A stretch of 64,000 bases of DNA from Candidatus Latescibacterota bacterium (lineage in GTDB: Bacteria; Latescibacterota; UBA2968; GCA-2709665): assembly GCA_965219455.1 (NCBI GenBank), contig OZ244744.1, positions 1,216,001-1,280,000 of the forward strand, in the 5' to 3' direction. Shown one piece after another: positions 1 through 10,980 of this stretch. Each line of letters begins with the position of its first letter. Position 1 is the stretch's first letter. The position numbers were made by a program, and so were the translations under genes. Under the pieces are notes generated by a model, which saw only the letters and a program-made list of their open reading frames with translations, did not search any database and was not told the DNA's origin.

Positions 1-2754
1 CTCCAGGGCTGACCACTCACGTCGCAATTCGACGTGCACCGTTTCGGTATCCCGCCGTCGTACCCCCAGGCTGCCCGCGTCGCCGCCTTCACCCCGCCCA
101 TCGGCAGCGATACTACGGAGAATGCGCCACAAGAATTCGGGCAACGGATTAACCACTCCCGCGTTTCTCAGGGTTTGGGCGGCGACGCGCAAGTGCAGTG
201 TCGACGCGTCTCCCTTGTTCATATCCGGCGCCAATTCGCCCATGTGCGCAATCAGCGCGGTCTCCAATTCCGCTGCCTCATCGAAACGCTTTCGGGAACT
301 CCGCGTCACTCCCGTATGGACGAAGGCCGTCAGCGCCGTATCGTTACTGGCGATTCCCAGTCGTTCGAGGTCGAACATGGCGCCGCGTACGCCTTCCGCA
401 CTCAATCCGGAAACGCCCATCAGTTCGTCGGTCGAGATACCTTCATCGGGATTGGCATCGACCAGGGCTTCGACTATTTTAAGCAACTGCCTCCGATAAT
501 CGTCCCGAATTCGTCTCTTAACAAGCCTGGCAGCCGCTTCCGCCACCGAACTCACCCTCAGAGACGAGGGAAATACCTGAACGCGATTCTCCTCACGGGT
601 CAGCAGGACCGTTTCCTCCAGCCAGGATACGGCGGTCCGCACGCGGGTGTCGTCCGTGGCGGAGTCCCGTTCGAAGACATTTTCGTCATCTTCGCCCAGT
701 ATTTCACCTGACGTAGCGACGACCTCGCCGCCAAGCCGCTTCTTGCGGTCCAGGTTTCGGAGTGCTCTCAACACCCCATGAATCTCCCGCCTGGTAAGCC
801 GCGAATATGCCGACATGCCGAACTGTCGCTCCACGTCTTCCTGCGTATAAAGCAGTACGCATCGCGCCATCTTCCTGTCGCGCCCGGCGCGGCCGGCCTC
901 CTGCATGTAGTTCTCCAGCGAGCCCGGGATGTCGGCGTGAATGACCAGACGTACGTCGGGTTTGTCGATGCCCATGCCGAAAGCGTTGGTGGCCGTTATC
1001 ACCCGCAACTCGCCCTCGATGAATCGCCGCTGCACGCTCTTCTTCGTCTCAGGGGGCAGACCGGCATGGAAATGTTCCGCCGCGATTTCCTTAAGCTGCA
1101 GGAACTGGGCCGCCTCTTCCGTCTGGCGTCGGGTTGCGCAATAGACGATGGCGCCCCCGGGCCGGTTCGGGGGCAGGTCGGCGATCAATATCTGATATAT
1201 GTGCGCGAATTTCTCCGGTTCGGTCGTCTGCACGACTACGAAATCCAGATTCGTGCGGTGGGTCCCGCCGTCGAACACACTTAATTCAACCCCAAGCTCG
1301 TCCTGGAAATGCTGCTTTATGTCTGCCACGACGTCGGGTTTGGCCGTCGCGGTCAGGCACAGTACCGGCGGGATCGGCCCCTTTCCCGCCTTTTCGCGGA
1401 TAAAGCGCCCAATGTAGCGATAATCTGGCCGGAAGTCGTGCCCCCACCTGGATAGACAGTGGGCCTCATCCAGTACCCAGGCGCCGATCTCGCGCTGATC
1501 CAGTACCCTTCGCAGGGAACGAGAGCGGAGTTGCTCGGGGGAGACGAGGAGAATGGCCGCGTCGCCAAGTCGAACACGATCCAGCGCATCGGCGCGCTCA
1601 GGCATAGACAACAGGCCGTTGATCGCCACACAGGAGCCGATTCCCCTCGCCTCCAGCCCCACAACCTGGTCCGCCATGAGCGCGACCAGGGGCGAAATGA
1701 CCACCGTGAGAGCGCCGGTCTTGTCATAGCGCGACAATGCCGGAATCTGGTAGCAGAGCGACTTGCCCGTGCCGGTGGGTAGAATGCCCAGAACGTGCTC
1801 ACCTGCCATCGCAGCCACGACGATGGCCTGCTGCATTGGGCGGCCCTTTTCGTCCGTCGGTTCCGGTCGAAAGTCGGCGAAGCCGAACCAGCGCTTAAGC
1901 TCCTTACGCGGGTCATGTCGATCCGTGCACCATTCGCAGTCCGACTGGCCGCAGGGCGCGTCCCTCAACCGTCGAACCAGCTTGCCGGCTTCAGGGAACT
2001 GATGACGCACCCAGGGCGGCATCACCGAATTGCCCCCGGAAACTGACAACCAGGCAAGGGCGTAAGCAAGGGGCCAGGCGCCCTGATCGATATTCTCCAC
2101 AACAGACTGACCGTGATTCTGGCAGGCGTTGCCCTTCAGCAGGCTGCCTATGGCTGTGCGCGCCTCCACGTCCGACGGTGGTTGAGACCGCCGCAGCGCG
2201 GAGAAAAAGGCGCCGAAGCCGGCCGCTTCATTTCCTGAAAAAGCGTCCATTCCTGCCCCGTCAGCTGCAGGCGAGGTGAGCCAATGCCACGCCAGGAGCA
2301 GGTCCGGGGTGTTCTCACAGACCGTTTCCAACGCGCGCCTCTGGTCACGGAAAAGATTCAGCGCGAGGCGCGCATCGAGTTCCGGGTCGTTTATACGCCC
2401 CCGTTTGAGCTGTGGGTCCTGATAGTGTTTGACGAGATGATGATAGGGATTCCGGGGAAAGGCGAGGGGGTTCAGCTTCAACGTGTCCACGGCGGGCAAC
2501 TTCAGCAGACGGAGGTCCGATTTCGCCGCGGTCAGATGGGGCAGATCGAAGGCAATCAGGTTGTGGCCGAGCAGATAGTCCGCGCCATCGGCGAATCTGT
2601 CGAGTTCCGTCAAGGCCGTTTCCAGGTTTCCCTTTTGGAAAGTCAACGAACGGTCGGTATTCAGGCGAACCGCGGCGAAGGCGCGGATGCGACCGTCCTG
2701 TTTTCCGACTTCGAGGTCGATCGAAAGGCATCGATGTAGAAGATTGGAATCCAT
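1..2754 (-). CDS. Large RecQ-family ATP-dependent DNA helicase; 3' end lies beyond the window start
   Basis: Not in the ORF track (no stop in window). Minus-strand reading gives MDSNLLHRCLSIDLEV..., Walker A LPTGTGKSLCYQ, VLDEAHCLSRWGHDFRPDY, ATNAFGMGIDKPDVR and QEAGRAGRD. Confidence 0.9.
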   Translation of the reverse strand, partial: MDSNLLHRCLSIDLEVGKQDGRIRAFAAVRLNTDRSLTFQKGNLETALTELDRFADGADYLLGHNLIAFDLPHLTAAKSDLRLLKLPAVDTLKLNPLAFPRNPYHHLVKHYQDPQLKRGRINDPELDARLALNLFRDQRRALETVCENTPDLLLAWHWLTSPAADGAGMDAFSGNEAAGFGAFFSALRRSQPPSDVEARTAIGSLLKGNACQNHGQSVVENIDQGAWPLAYALAWLSVSGGNSVMPPWVRHQFPEAGKLVRRLRDAPCGQSDCEWCTDRHDPRKELKRWFGFADFRPEPTDEKGRPMQQAIVVAAMAGEHVLGILPTGTGKSLCYQIPALSRYDKTGALTVVISPLVALMADQVVGLEARGIGSCVAINGLLSMPERADALDRVRLGDAAILLVSPEQLRSRSLRRVLDQREIGAWVLDEAHCLSRWGHDFRPDYRYIGRFIREKAGKGPIPPVLCLTATAKPDVVADIKQHFQDELGVELSVFDGGTHRTNLDFVVVQTTEPEKFAHIYQILIADLPPNRPGGAIVYCATRRQTEEAAQFLQLKEIAAEHFHAGLPPETKKSVQRRFIEGELRVITATNAFGMGIDKPDVRLVIHADIPGSLENYMQEAGRAGRDRKMARCVLLYTQEDVERQFGMSAYSRLTRREIHGVLRALRNLDRKKRLGGEVVATSGEILGEDDENVFERDSATDDTRVRTAVSWLEETVLLTREENRVQVFPSSLRVSSVAEAAARLVKRRIRDDYRRQLLKIVEALVDANPDEGISTDELMGVSGLSAEGVRGAMFDLERLGIASNDTALTAFVHTGVTRSSRKRFDEAAELETALIAHMGELAPDMNKGDASTLHLRVAAQTLRNAGVVNPLPEFLWRILRSIAADGRGEGGDAGSLGVRRRDTETVHVELRREWSALE

Positions 2755-2911
2755 ATTCACCAAACTTGATAACGATTTGATCGACGCGGCGTTATTACGT
2801 TCGGACACAACCAGATGACGTGGATCCTATTTTCAAAGAGATAAGGTACGCGCCGAAACGGGTCAAGTCGAAAGTTGGCTTCAAGTATCTGCGCATGAGT
2901 CGCTGACCTAC

Positions 2912-2944
2912 AAAAAACCGCTCTCCTTGTCAAGGAAAGCGGCC
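2912..2944 (-). terminator. Intrinsic terminator downstream of the 3099-5609 gene
   Basis: Minus strand reads GGCCGCTTTCCTTGACAAGGAGAGCGGTTTTTT: a hairpin followed by a U-tract. Confidence 0.6.
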
Positions 2945-2977
2945 TCGGTCATTGCCGTCGGAGGGTCGCCGTAACCC

Positions 2978-3002
2978 GGGCGCCCACAAGGGACGCCCCT
3001 AC
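2978..3002 (-). repeat. GTAG-type REP-like palindrome
   Basis: Minus strand reads GTAGGGGCGTCCCTTGTGGGCGCCC. Confidence 0.6.
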
Positions 3003-3098
3003 AAGGCGCTGGATCTGCGCTGCGCAATCTACCAGTTTGCTCTACGGTCGGCAGTTCAGTGCGTTTGACGAATATAGCTGGCAACCTGACAATGCCAG

Positions 3099-5609
3099 TC
3101 ACATTGTCCCGGCGGCACGCATGGTGAGTATATCCTCTCCCGTTCGATTGACGTCGAACGCGTACCGGTCGTTGTCTGTCCGGATCTCGAATCCATTCTC
3201 GTCTGCCGTCGCCTGCGCGTTCAGGCTGTGATCCAGGAACGCGAAGACCAGAACGTCTCCGGACGTCGACAGCCGCACCCGCGTGCTCGCATCCCGACCT
3301 CCCGGGACAAAACTCTTCAGGCTCCCCGCCGCGAGTCCGGCGGGCGCGAAGGGGACTTCCTCCTGCTCGAAACCGGCATCCTCGCCGTAAAGCGGGAGCG
3401 TATCGATCGTCCGTTCCCCTGCGCCTAACCGTGCGAGATTCGACCGTACCTCGCGTAGATCCACCGGGTTCAACTTCCATCCCAGCGCGGCGCTCCCGGT
3501 TTCTGGCCCGAGATCCGCCTCGAAATCCAACAGCAAACGCCTGCGGCCCGGGCACTTCAGGTCCGCCCTGTCGAGGTCGCATTTGAGCCCCGTCCCCGGC
3601 ATCTGTACCGCACCGCCGAAGGCCAGCACGGTATTCGACTTGATGTAGAACGTCCTGGGATCGGAACGCGACTCCAGGTTCTGGGAATCCACCCCCAGTT
3701 CACCGAAGACCGCGGGGTCGTCGCACCGTTCCAGGTGACCATCCACTTCGATCTCTATAAATGGATTGTCGCCCATCCGATTGAACCCGCCCCATCGGAT
3801 TGCCGCATCGTGCCACCTGCCGGATTCAATCTTGACCCGCGACACCACCTCCACCGACGTATTCCGCTGGCTCTGCACGACAAATGTCAGTGCCTTCCCG
3901 TCCATTATTGCCAGCGAATAGTTGTTCACCCGGCTCCCCATGACGCGTCCCACGCCGATTCCCGTATTGAAAAGAACCCCCGGGCCGTCTTCCCGGCTCC
4001 CACCGTTCAGCCGGAAACGCATCCTCAATTCACCCGCCCTCGGATTGAAGTACGGCCCGCGTTCGTACTGCAGATAATCCCGTCCGTTCAATCGTACGAA
4101 GCCCTCATCCCTTTTGCGCATCAACTTCACGCCGCGGCGCCGGCGTCTCAAAGCCGTCACCAGGATTGGAGACGCCCCCTTCAACAGCCAGTATTCATGA
4201 TCCGTTCGAATCGACCGGACCCGTAACCTGTCGAACCGTTCTGCGGAATGCAGCCGCCTCAGAAATGCCACGATCTCGTTCTGTCCGCCCACGAAGGGAA
4301 GACTTCCGCAGGCGACCGGCTGCGCTTCGTCCGCGGAGATCGACTGCAAAACCGGATATCCGGCCCACTGCGCGTGCAGGTTCATAAACCCATGCGCGCC
4401 CCCGCCCTTGTATCCCGCCACACTGCAGACGACCGCCTCCGTGCCCCAACCGCTGCGCAAGAGCCCCGTCTCGCCATAGTGAGCCCTCATAAACGTCCTT
4501 GAGAGCGGCAATTCAGACCTGCGTCGCGACGGCCGGAACTCCGGATCACAATAGCAATAAGCATACGGGCCGTACGCGACCATGCACTCTGCCGAGGTGC
4601 CCTTCACGCCCATCCCGAACCTGTAGAGCCTTCCCAGTCTGGGATCGGCGACGGCAACGTCACGCATCTCCGCGTCCCCCGCCTCCTGCGCCAGGCGAAG
4701 CAGGGTGACTGAACACGCGTCCAGCTGGCTGCCCGATATCACGTTTGAATTCTGCGGATAGTACAGCCTGTCTTCGATCACCTCCGGCGGCGCCAGGTGA
4801 TACCGGAACCACTTCAAGGGCCGCTCCAGCCGCTTCGGAAAATCCTTGTAGAGATCTTCGCCGGTCACATTTCTCAGCGCATCGGCAAAGTGAAGCATCC
4901 ACAGATTCTCCCACGGCCAGAACGAGGGCCCGTCGCCGGGCTCGCCGTCCCGCCCGCAGCCGTGGAGCATCACGCCGTTGCGAAACCGGTCGATCACGGC
5001 CGCCACCCAGGCTTCCGCATCGGGGTGTTTTCCCAGCAGATGCAGGGCCGCCACGCCGAAATGTCCGTTGTCGACCACGGCGTGGTGTCGTCCGTCCGAC
5101 GAATACCTGGACCGCTCCACGTCCGGCCACCAGCGGTCCATCAGCCGAACCAGGCACGCTGTCGCCGGTTCCTTCTCCTCGCCGGGCAACGCGTCGTCGA
5201 GCAGATCCAGCGCCAGCGCAAATGCCTGCATATACCGGTTGGCCGTATAGAAATGCTCCTCCACTCGGTCGCTATGCTCCCATTCCGACGCCGCGCGCAA
5301 CCAATCCCTGGCCCGCTTCAACCACCGCGGATCGCCGGTCAGCCGCCATGCGAACGCATAGTTCTCCATCAGGGCGGTCGCGTGCATCCCCGTATAGAAC
5401 GTGAGGTACAGCTGGTGGTACGGGTGCGGGCTGTCCGGACGCTCGGGAATCCGTTTCCATGGGCGCTGCGGATAATATCCCTCGCAATCCGCGAGGATAT
5501 TTTTGAGAATCAGTTTTCGCGCCTCATCCTCCGCCGGATCGAACCTGAACTTCGGATCGTCGACGGGACGATACAGCCGGGGATGCTCCTCACGCAAAAT
5601 CCGGATCAT
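3099..5609 (-). CDS. Heparinase II/III-like polysaccharide lyase with a LamG/ConA-like domain
   Basis: 836 aa ORF. N-terminal alpha-toroid-like motifs (YAFAWRLTGD, DGEPGDGPSFW, LLRSGW) and a C-terminal LamG-like segment (ESGRWHDAAIRW...IEVDG). Confidence 0.55.
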   Translation of the reverse strand: MIRILREEHPRLYRPVDDPKFRFDPAEDEARKLILKNILADCEGYYPQRPWKRIPERPDSPHPYHQLYLTFYTGMHATALMENYAFAWRLTGDPRWLKRARDWLRAASEWEHSDRVEEHFYTANRYMQAFALALDLLDDALPGEEKEPATACLVRLMDRWWPDVERSRYSSDGRHHAVVDNGHFGVAALHLLGKHPDAEAWVAAVIDRFRNGVMLHGCGRDGEPGDGPSFWPWENLWMLHFADALRNVTGEDLYKDFPKRLERPLKWFRYHLAPPEVIEDRLYYPQNSNVISGSQLDACSVTLLRLAQEAGDAEMRDVAVADPRLGRLYRFGMGVKGTSAECMVAYGPYAYCYCDPEFRPSRRRSELPLSRTFMRAHYGETGLLRSGWGTEAVVCSVAGYKGGGAHGFMNLHAQWAGYPVLQSISADEAQPVACGSLPFVGGQNEIVAFLRRLHSAERFDRLRVRSIRTDHEYWLLKGASPILVTALRRRRRGVKLMRKRDEGFVRLNGRDYLQYERGPYFNPRAGELRMRFRLNGGSREDGPGVLFNTGIGVGRVMGSRVNNYSLAIMDGKALTFVVQSQRNTSVEVVSRVKIESGRWHDAAIRWGGFNRMGDNPFIEIEVDGHLERCDDPAVFGELGVDSQNLESRSDPRTFYIKSNTVLAFGGAVQMPGTGLKCDLDRADLKCPGRRRLLLDFEADLGPETGSAALGWKLNPVDLREVRSNLARLGAGERTIDTLPLYGEDAGFEQEEVPFAPAGLAAGSLKSFVPGGRDASTRVRLSTSGDVLVFAFLDHSLNAQATADENGFEIRTDNDRYAFDVNRTGEDILTMRAAGTM

Positions 5610-5772
5610 TTTCGGACTCCACTATGATAAGTGTTCGTTTGACATATCCTGTCGCGGCATTGCTATGCTCAGCCGACCCTTCGACAAGCTCAGGGAGCGG
5701 CAAAGGGCGCACGGCTCCGCTCCCCATTCAGGCGGCGGCATCCGCCTGCCCGCAGCAGGCAGGCGGACCCAT

Positions 5773-6903
5773 TCAGCGCACCCGCTCGGCCCGAATGGCA
5801 TCCACGGCAAACGTGCCATTGGGACAATACACGGAAACAATCGCCTCCGGTCCAATCGCCTGGAGATCGATAACGACCCTTCTGCCCTCGATGCGAACCG
5901 AGACAATTCGCGCGGCCTTCAATGGAGACGGCTTGAGGCCGGGCGGGTTGTCCTGCGTACTGAAATACTCGATCCGCAGACGACACGGCCCCGGCGTCCT
6001 GATCGACCAGGTATGGAACCCGGGCGGATACGACCCCCCCAGGTAGTGGCCGCCCACGTAATCGGACCCGTTCGTCACCAGTCTCAGCACGTCGCTGTTA
6101 TTCCCGTCCACCTCGCCAACCCGCATCTCTTCCCGTTCCCTCAGGTCCGCGTCGACCGGATAGGAAACCGGATCCCGGTGTCCATAAGCGATCGGAAATG
6201 TCTCGGCCGCGTACTTCCCGTAAAGTTCCAGGATTGACGTCCTGTACACGTCCTTCAGATAATCCGCTTCCGCCGCCGCCACCCCATACGCCCGCACCGT
6301 ATCGTCGTACCGTCCGATCCAGGGACGTTCGACCACCTTGAAGGCCGTCCATTGGTCTGGCGCCATAACCAGATCGTAGAAGGACGCAATTTCCCCAGTG
6401 CCGTCGTACTGCTCCTTCGAATAGAAGAAGAGACCGAACGTGGGGTCCAGCAAGTGCCATTTCCCGTCGTAATACACCTCGCTGATGGCATGGCTGCCCA
6501 TGATCGGACGGAGATTGAACGCGCCGATATACCGGGAAGGCAGCCCGACCATCCGGCAAAGGACCCGGTGTACGTGCGAGAGCCCGCCGCAGATCGCATA
6601 GCCCTCCCTGATTATCTTCGTGGCGGACCCGCCGTTGTTTTTCAGTTCGAGCGCCGATGACGCGTAACGCAGAATCGCGATCCCCTTCTGCTCGTCCGTC
6701 AGCCCCTCGGTTCCTTCGGGGAAGATGCTGCGCAGCACCTCCTCCAGGAATTCCTTGTCCTCGTCGGATGAAATCTTCAGATCTTCCGGTCCGGGCATCG
6801 TACGAAAGGGCAGGACTGGATCGTTCCGCTCAGACGCGATGGCCGCTGCGGGAACCAGCAACACGGCCAGAAAAACCGGCGTTATCAGAAATACCGAAAC
6901 CAT
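5773..6903 (-). CDS. Exported transglutaminase-like domain protein
   Basis: Signal peptide MVSVFLITPVFLAVLLVPAAAIA. Cys-His-Asp triad pattern: GYAICGG, SHAISEVYYDGKWHLLDPT. Confidence 0.75.
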   Translation of the reverse strand: MVSVFLITPVFLAVLLVPAAAIASERNDPVLPFRTMPGPEDLKISSDEDKEFLEEVLRSIFPEGTEGLTDEQKGIAILRYASSALELKNNGGSATKIIREGYAICGGLSHVHRVLCRMVGLPSRYIGAFNLRPIMGSHAISEVYYDGKWHLLDPTFGLFFYSKEQYDGTGEIASFYDLVMAPDQWTAFKVVERPWIGRYDDTVRAYGVAAAEADYLKDVYRTSILELYGKYAAETFPIAYGHRDPVSYPVDADLREREEMRVGEVDGNNSDVLRLVTNGSDYVGGHYLGGSYPPGFHTWSIRTPGPCRLRIEYFSTQDNPPGLKPSPLKAARIVSVRIEGRRVVIDLQAIGPEAIVSVYCPNGTFAVDAIRAERVR

Positions 6904-7010
6904 TGTAAGCCTCCATTCGAATCCAACACCAATTTTAGGCAAAGATACGCACGGTCCTGCGAAACAGCAAGCCGCGTGAAGCCGATCCTCCCTTCTCCGA
7001 TGGAATCCGC

Positions 7011-7039
7011 TTGACAGAAATGGCCCCCGCCGGTAACTT
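7011..7039 (+). promoter_or_regulatory. Sigma70-like promoter of pyrC-carA
   Basis: TTGACA-17 nt-TAACTT. Confidence 0.55.
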
Positions 7040-7078
7040 TGCATTCAAAATTCACGAGCGCCGCAACCCCGTCCCCTC

Positions 7079-8398
7079 ATGAGCCAGGCCACCCCGATTC
7101 TCCTTCAATACGGGCGGATGATCGATCCCGCCAACGCACTTGACGCGCCCGCAGACCTTCTGATCCGGAGCGGCCGCATCGACCGTATTGCCGCAGGAAT
7201 CGAACCCCCGGTCGACGCCCACGTCATCGACGTTTCCGGATGCCTGGTCGTCCCCGGACTCATCGACATGCACGTCCATCTGCGGGATCCGGGGTTTCCG
7301 GAGAAGGAAACCGTGGAAACCGGGTGCCGGGCCGCGGCTGCCGGGGGGTTTACCGCAGTGGCCTGCCTGCCCAATACCGACCCTCCAATCGATACCCCCG
7401 AAGCCATCGAATACATCCTGAATAAGGCCGAACAGGCGGATGCCCGGGTCTATCCGATCGCTTGCGCGACAAAAGGGATGCAAGGCGGGGAACTCACGAA
7501 GATCGAGGCGCTGCTGGATGCCGGCGCCGTCGGATTCTCCGACGACGGTCTGCCAATAGAGTCCGATGCCGTCATGCGCGATCTCCTGCGCCGGTCCGAA
7601 CGACACGGATTTCCGGTCTGCCCGCACACCGAGGTGTTCGCGCTCACAAGAGGCGGGCACATGCACGAAGGCGCCGTATCACGCGAACTGGGTATCGGGG
7701 GCATGCCGGCCGAGGGCGAGGCCGCCATGGTCGAGCGCGATATCAACCTGATGCGTTCGGTCGGCGGTCGCCTGCACATCCTCCACATTAGTGTTCGCCG
7801 CGCCGTGGAACTCGTGCGAGAGGCCAAGTCCGAGTGCCTGGCCGTTACCTGCGAAGCCACACCCCACCACGTCGCGCTCACGGACGAAGACGTGCGCGTT
7901 TACGGTACGCAGGGCAAGATGAGCCCTCCCCTGCGCTCGGCCGACGATCGCGTTGCCCTGCTGGAAGGCCTGGCCGACGGCACCATAGACGCACTTGCCA
8001 CAGACCACGCGCCGCACACCGACCTGGAAAAGCTCCAGCGCTTCCCCGAAGCGCCCAACGGAATTCTGGGGCTGGAAACCGCCGTGGGGACCCTTCTTAC
8101 CCACCTGGTTGAGCCCGGCATCCTTCCGGTATCCGAAGTTATCCGCAAACTCACCGCGATACCGGCCCGGATCCTGGGGATACCCGGCGGTACCCTCTCT
8201 CCCGGCGCGGCGGGAGACGTCACCGTCATCGATCCATCGCATACCTGGACCGTTGACGCCCACGCGTTCCGTTCCAGGTCCCGGAACACGCCCTTTCACG
8301 GGCACACCCTGACGGGCAGAGCCGTACTGACCATCCTGGGCGGACGGGTGACGCACCGGGCCGGGGACGACGACGATCCACCGGCAGGCACCGCGTGA
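7079..8398 (+). CDS. pyrC: Dihydroorotase
   Basis: PGLIDMHVHLRDPG, LPNTDP, ATDHAPH and SRSRNTPF motifs; adjacent to carA. Confidence 0.95.
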   Translation: MSQATPILLQYGRMIDPANALDAPADLLIRSGRIDRIAAGIEPPVDAHVIDVSGCLVVPGLIDMHVHLRDPGFPEKETVETGCRAAAAGGFTAVACLPNTDPPIDTPEAIEYILNKAEQADARVYPIACATKGMQGGELTKIEALLDAGAVGFSDDGLPIESDAVMRDLLRRSERHGFPVCPHTEVFALTRGGHMHEGAVSRELGIGGMPAEGEAAMVERDINLMRSVGGRLHILHISVRRAVELVREAKSECLAVTCEATPHHVALTDEDVRVYGTQGKMSPPLRSADDRVALLEGLADGTIDALATDHAPHTDLEKLQRFPEAPNGILGLETAVGTLLTHLVEPGILPVSEVIRKLTAIPARILGIPGGTLSPGAAGDVTVIDPSHTWTVDAHAFRSRSRNTPFHGHTLTGRAVLTILGGRVTHRAGDDDDPPAGTA

Positions 8399-8480
8399 CC
8401 CGCACAATTCATGCGGAATGCAACACCCGCGACCTTTTTCAAACATGCCTACCAACACGCCTCAGGAGTGATCACCATCC

Positions 8481-9602
8481 ATGAAAGCCATACTTGCCCT
8501 GGAAGACGGCACCTGCTACGAGGGAGAGTCCTTCGGTGCGCCCGGTGAATGCAAGGGCGAGGTCGTGTTCAACACCAGCATCACCGGCTATCAGGAAATT
8601 CTCACCGATCCCTCCTACAAAGGTCAAATTGTCACGATGACCTACCCGCTTATCGGAAACTACGGCGTCAATCCGGACGACGTCGAGTCCGGGCGGCCCC
8701 AGGTGGAAGGATTCGTCGTCAGGGAATACTGCGAACTGCCCAGCAACTGGCGTTCGTGCGAATCCCTGGGCAACTACCTGAAACGCCACGACATCCTGGG
8801 CATACAGGGTATCGACACCCGGGCGCTCACGCGGCGCATCCGCACCGAAGGCGCCATGAAAAGCGTCCTCTCCACCCTGGACCAGGACCGGGACAGCCTG
8901 GTCGAAAAGGCCCGGAAGTCGCCCGGTATGATGGGACGGGACCTTGCCCGCGCCGCCAGTTGCAGCGAACCCTACCGCTGGACCGAGGGCCTGTTCGACT
9001 ACAAGAATGGCCGGGCGGATACGCCCCAGAAAGACGCCCGTTTCCGTGTGGCCGTCTATGATTTCGGCGTCAAGTGGAACATCCTTCGGTACCTCGTCAG
9101 CCGCGGCTGCGACGTCACTGTTTTTCCTGCTGACGCGCCGCCGGATCAACTGCTCGAAATCGACCCGGACGGAATCTTCCTGTCGAACGGACCCGGAGAC
9201 CCCGAGCCACTCACCTATGCGGTGGAGAACATCCGACAGCTCATGCACGTCAAACCCACCTTCGGCATCTGCCTTGGCCATCAGCTTCTCGGTCTGGCCC
9301 TTGGCGGACGGACGTACAAACTGAAATTCGGTCACCGCGGCGCCAACCAGCCTGTCAGAGAACTGGATACCGGCAAGGTGGAAATAACGTCTCAGAACCA
9401 CGGGTTCGCCGTCAACGCGGATTCGCTGGACCACCGTGAAGTTGAAGTTACCCACATCAACCTGAACGACAACACCCTGGAAGGGTTGAGACACAAGCGC
9501 CTGCCCATCTTCTGCGTACAATATCACCCGGAAGCATCCGCAGGCCCGCACGATGCCGAATACCTCTTCGATCGGTTTGTGGAACTTATGGAAGAGGCGT
9601 AG
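8481..9602 (+). CDS. carA: Carbamoyl-phosphate synthase small subunit
   Basis: [30 protein letters not shown] and [12 protein letters not shown] motifs. Confidence 0.97.
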   Translation: MKAILALEDGTCYEGESFGAPGECKGEVVFNTSITGYQEILTDPSYKGQIVTMTYPLIGNYGVNPDDVESGRPQVEGFVVREYCELPSNWRSCESLGNYLKRHDILGIQGIDTRALTRRIRTEGAMKSVLSTLDQDRDSLVEKARKSPGMMGRDLARAASCSEPYRWTEGLFDYKNGRADTPQKDARFRVAVYDFGVKWNILRYLVSRGCDVTVFPADAPPDQLLEIDPDGIFLSNGPGDPEPLTYAVENIRQLMHVKPTFGICLGHQLLGLALGGRTYKLKFGHRGANQPVRELDTGKVEITSQNHGFAVNADSLDHREVEVTHINLNDNTLEGLRHKRLPIFCVQYHPEASAGPHDAEYLFDRFVELMEEA

Positions 9603-9787
9603 ACGATCCGCCCGCTGATGTTCAGGCGCCTATGCTCGAAGGACAAGGCGGGTCATTTTCAGCAGGCGCGCGGCAAGCGGGGAACCGGGCCGTTTCATCG
9701 GCGCGGCAATGCCGGCAGACGGATTATGGAACGATTTTCACCCCTCAAACGTCCAACGTGTGGAATGCTGATTGGCGTCGATAGCCC

Positions 9788-9816
9788 TTGACAAGCAAAT
9801 ATTATTGTCGTATTCT
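9788..9816 (+). promoter_or_regulatory. Sigma70-like promoter
   Basis: TTGACA-17 nt-TATTCT upstream of an AGGAGG RBS. Confidence 0.6.
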
Positions 9817-9868
9817 TTGTTGCAATCGCCGGATACGATTCAGGCCGGGAATGCAGGAGGATGACCAA

Positions 9869-10345
9869 ATGAAAATGCTTACGGCTGCACTGGCAGTCTT
9901 CGTTCTGACTTTCTCTCTCGCCTCTGCGGAAGTGCAGGTTCAGCCCCAGCCAGCGAACCTTTCCGCCCTGAAAGCAATCGATTTTACGCCCAAACCCTTC
10001 GGGCTGGGCGAAAAGTTCAAAGGCCTGTTCGAGTCTGGCAGGCTATCGTCCAAGAACACGGTCGGATTCAAATTCCGTTCAGGTGCCTTCGGTGGCGCAA
10101 GCCAGTACTATCTGAATACCATCAGCTACCGCGCAAATTCGAAGACGCCCCTGATGTTCGAGGCGCAGGTCGGCCTCGAACACGTGCTTCAGGGCAACTC
10201 CGCCTTCGGATCCTCTCTGGGTAACAACACGAAGCTTGTCATTCCATACGTGGGCATGTTTTACCAACCCAGGGAAAATATCCAAATCGAAATTCAGTTC
10301 AGAAATTCCCCCTACTATCGATCCGGAGGCAGATATCGATATTGA
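9869..10345 (+). CDS. Exported hypothetical protein
   Basis: AGGAGG RBS and signal peptide MKMLTAALAVFVLTFSLASA. Confidence 0.75.
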   Translation: MKMLTAALAVFVLTFSLASAEVQVQPQPANLSALKAIDFTPKPFGLGEKFKGLFESGRLSSKNTVGFKFRSGAFGGASQYYLNTISYRANSKTPLMFEAQVGLEHVLQGNSAFGSSLGNNTKLVIPYVGMFYQPRENIQIEIQFRNSPYYRSGGRYRY

Positions 10346-10371
10346 GATTCGTCTTCGGGTCACTCCTTCAT

Positions 10372-10409
10372 ACGGGACACTGCCCGGGCAGTGTCCCGTT
10401 CCGTTTTTC
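10372..10409 (+). terminator. Perfect 28-bp palindrome, probable terminator
   Basis: ACGGGACACTGCCC-GGGCAGTGTCCCGT followed by TCCGTTTTT. Confidence 0.55.
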
Positions 10410-10420
10410 GGGCATAACAG

Positions 10421-10978
10421 ATGTCACGAAAAATCGTAATGCTTGTTCTGGCGGCGTTGACCTTTGCAACGCTCGTCGTCCTCGACATCCAGAGACGGCT
10501 GCCGTCGGGACCCCCTCCGGCCGAACCGAAATCGGAACCTGTCGCCGGGCCGAAGCCTGAACCTCCTGCCAGAGCGAAGCCTGAACTTTCCGCCGAACCG
10601 AAGCCGGAACCGCTCGCCGGACCAAAGCCGGATTCGTTCAAAGTAATCCGTATCGAAGTGCTCAACGGCTGCGGCGTTGCCGGCGCTGCGGAAAAAGTGG
10701 GGCGTCATCTGCGAAATGCGGGTTTCGACGTCATGACGTGGAAGAACGCCGATAGCTTCAACTATCCCGAAACCATCGTCATCGATCGGACGGGCACCCT
10801 TGAAAACGCCCGCAGAGTGGCCAGCGCCATGGGACTTCGGACGCATATTCAACAGATCGTCCAGGACCCTTATCGCATCGAACAGGTCGCGGTCATTGTA
10901 GGCAGGGATTGTGACCGTCTGGGTGTCTTCTCTCGCGATCGGCCGCGACAGTATCGGCAGACTCGGCACGCCCAATAA
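10421..10978 (+). CDS. LytR C-terminal domain membrane protein with a Pro-rich linker
   Basis: N-terminal TM segment, EPK/PKPE repeats, IEVLNGCGVAGAA and VIVGRD. Confidence 0.85.
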   Translation: MSRKIVMLVLAALTFATLVVLDIQRRLPSGPPPAEPKSEPVAGPKPEPPARAKPELSAEPKPEPLAGPKPDSFKVIRIEVLNGCGVAGAAEKVGRHLRNAGFDVMTWKNADSFNYPETIVIDRTGTLENARRVASAMGLRTHIQQIVQDPYRIEQVAVIVGRDCDRLGVFSRDRPRQYRQTRHAQ

Positions 10979-10980
10979 AC

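Noticed and set aside
34-2739. Plus-strand ORFs in the first 2.7 kb
   Set aside because: Antisense shadows of the RecQ gene.
10510-10635. Short tandem repeats in the LytR gene
   Set aside because: Ordinary Pro/Glu/Lys-rich linker.
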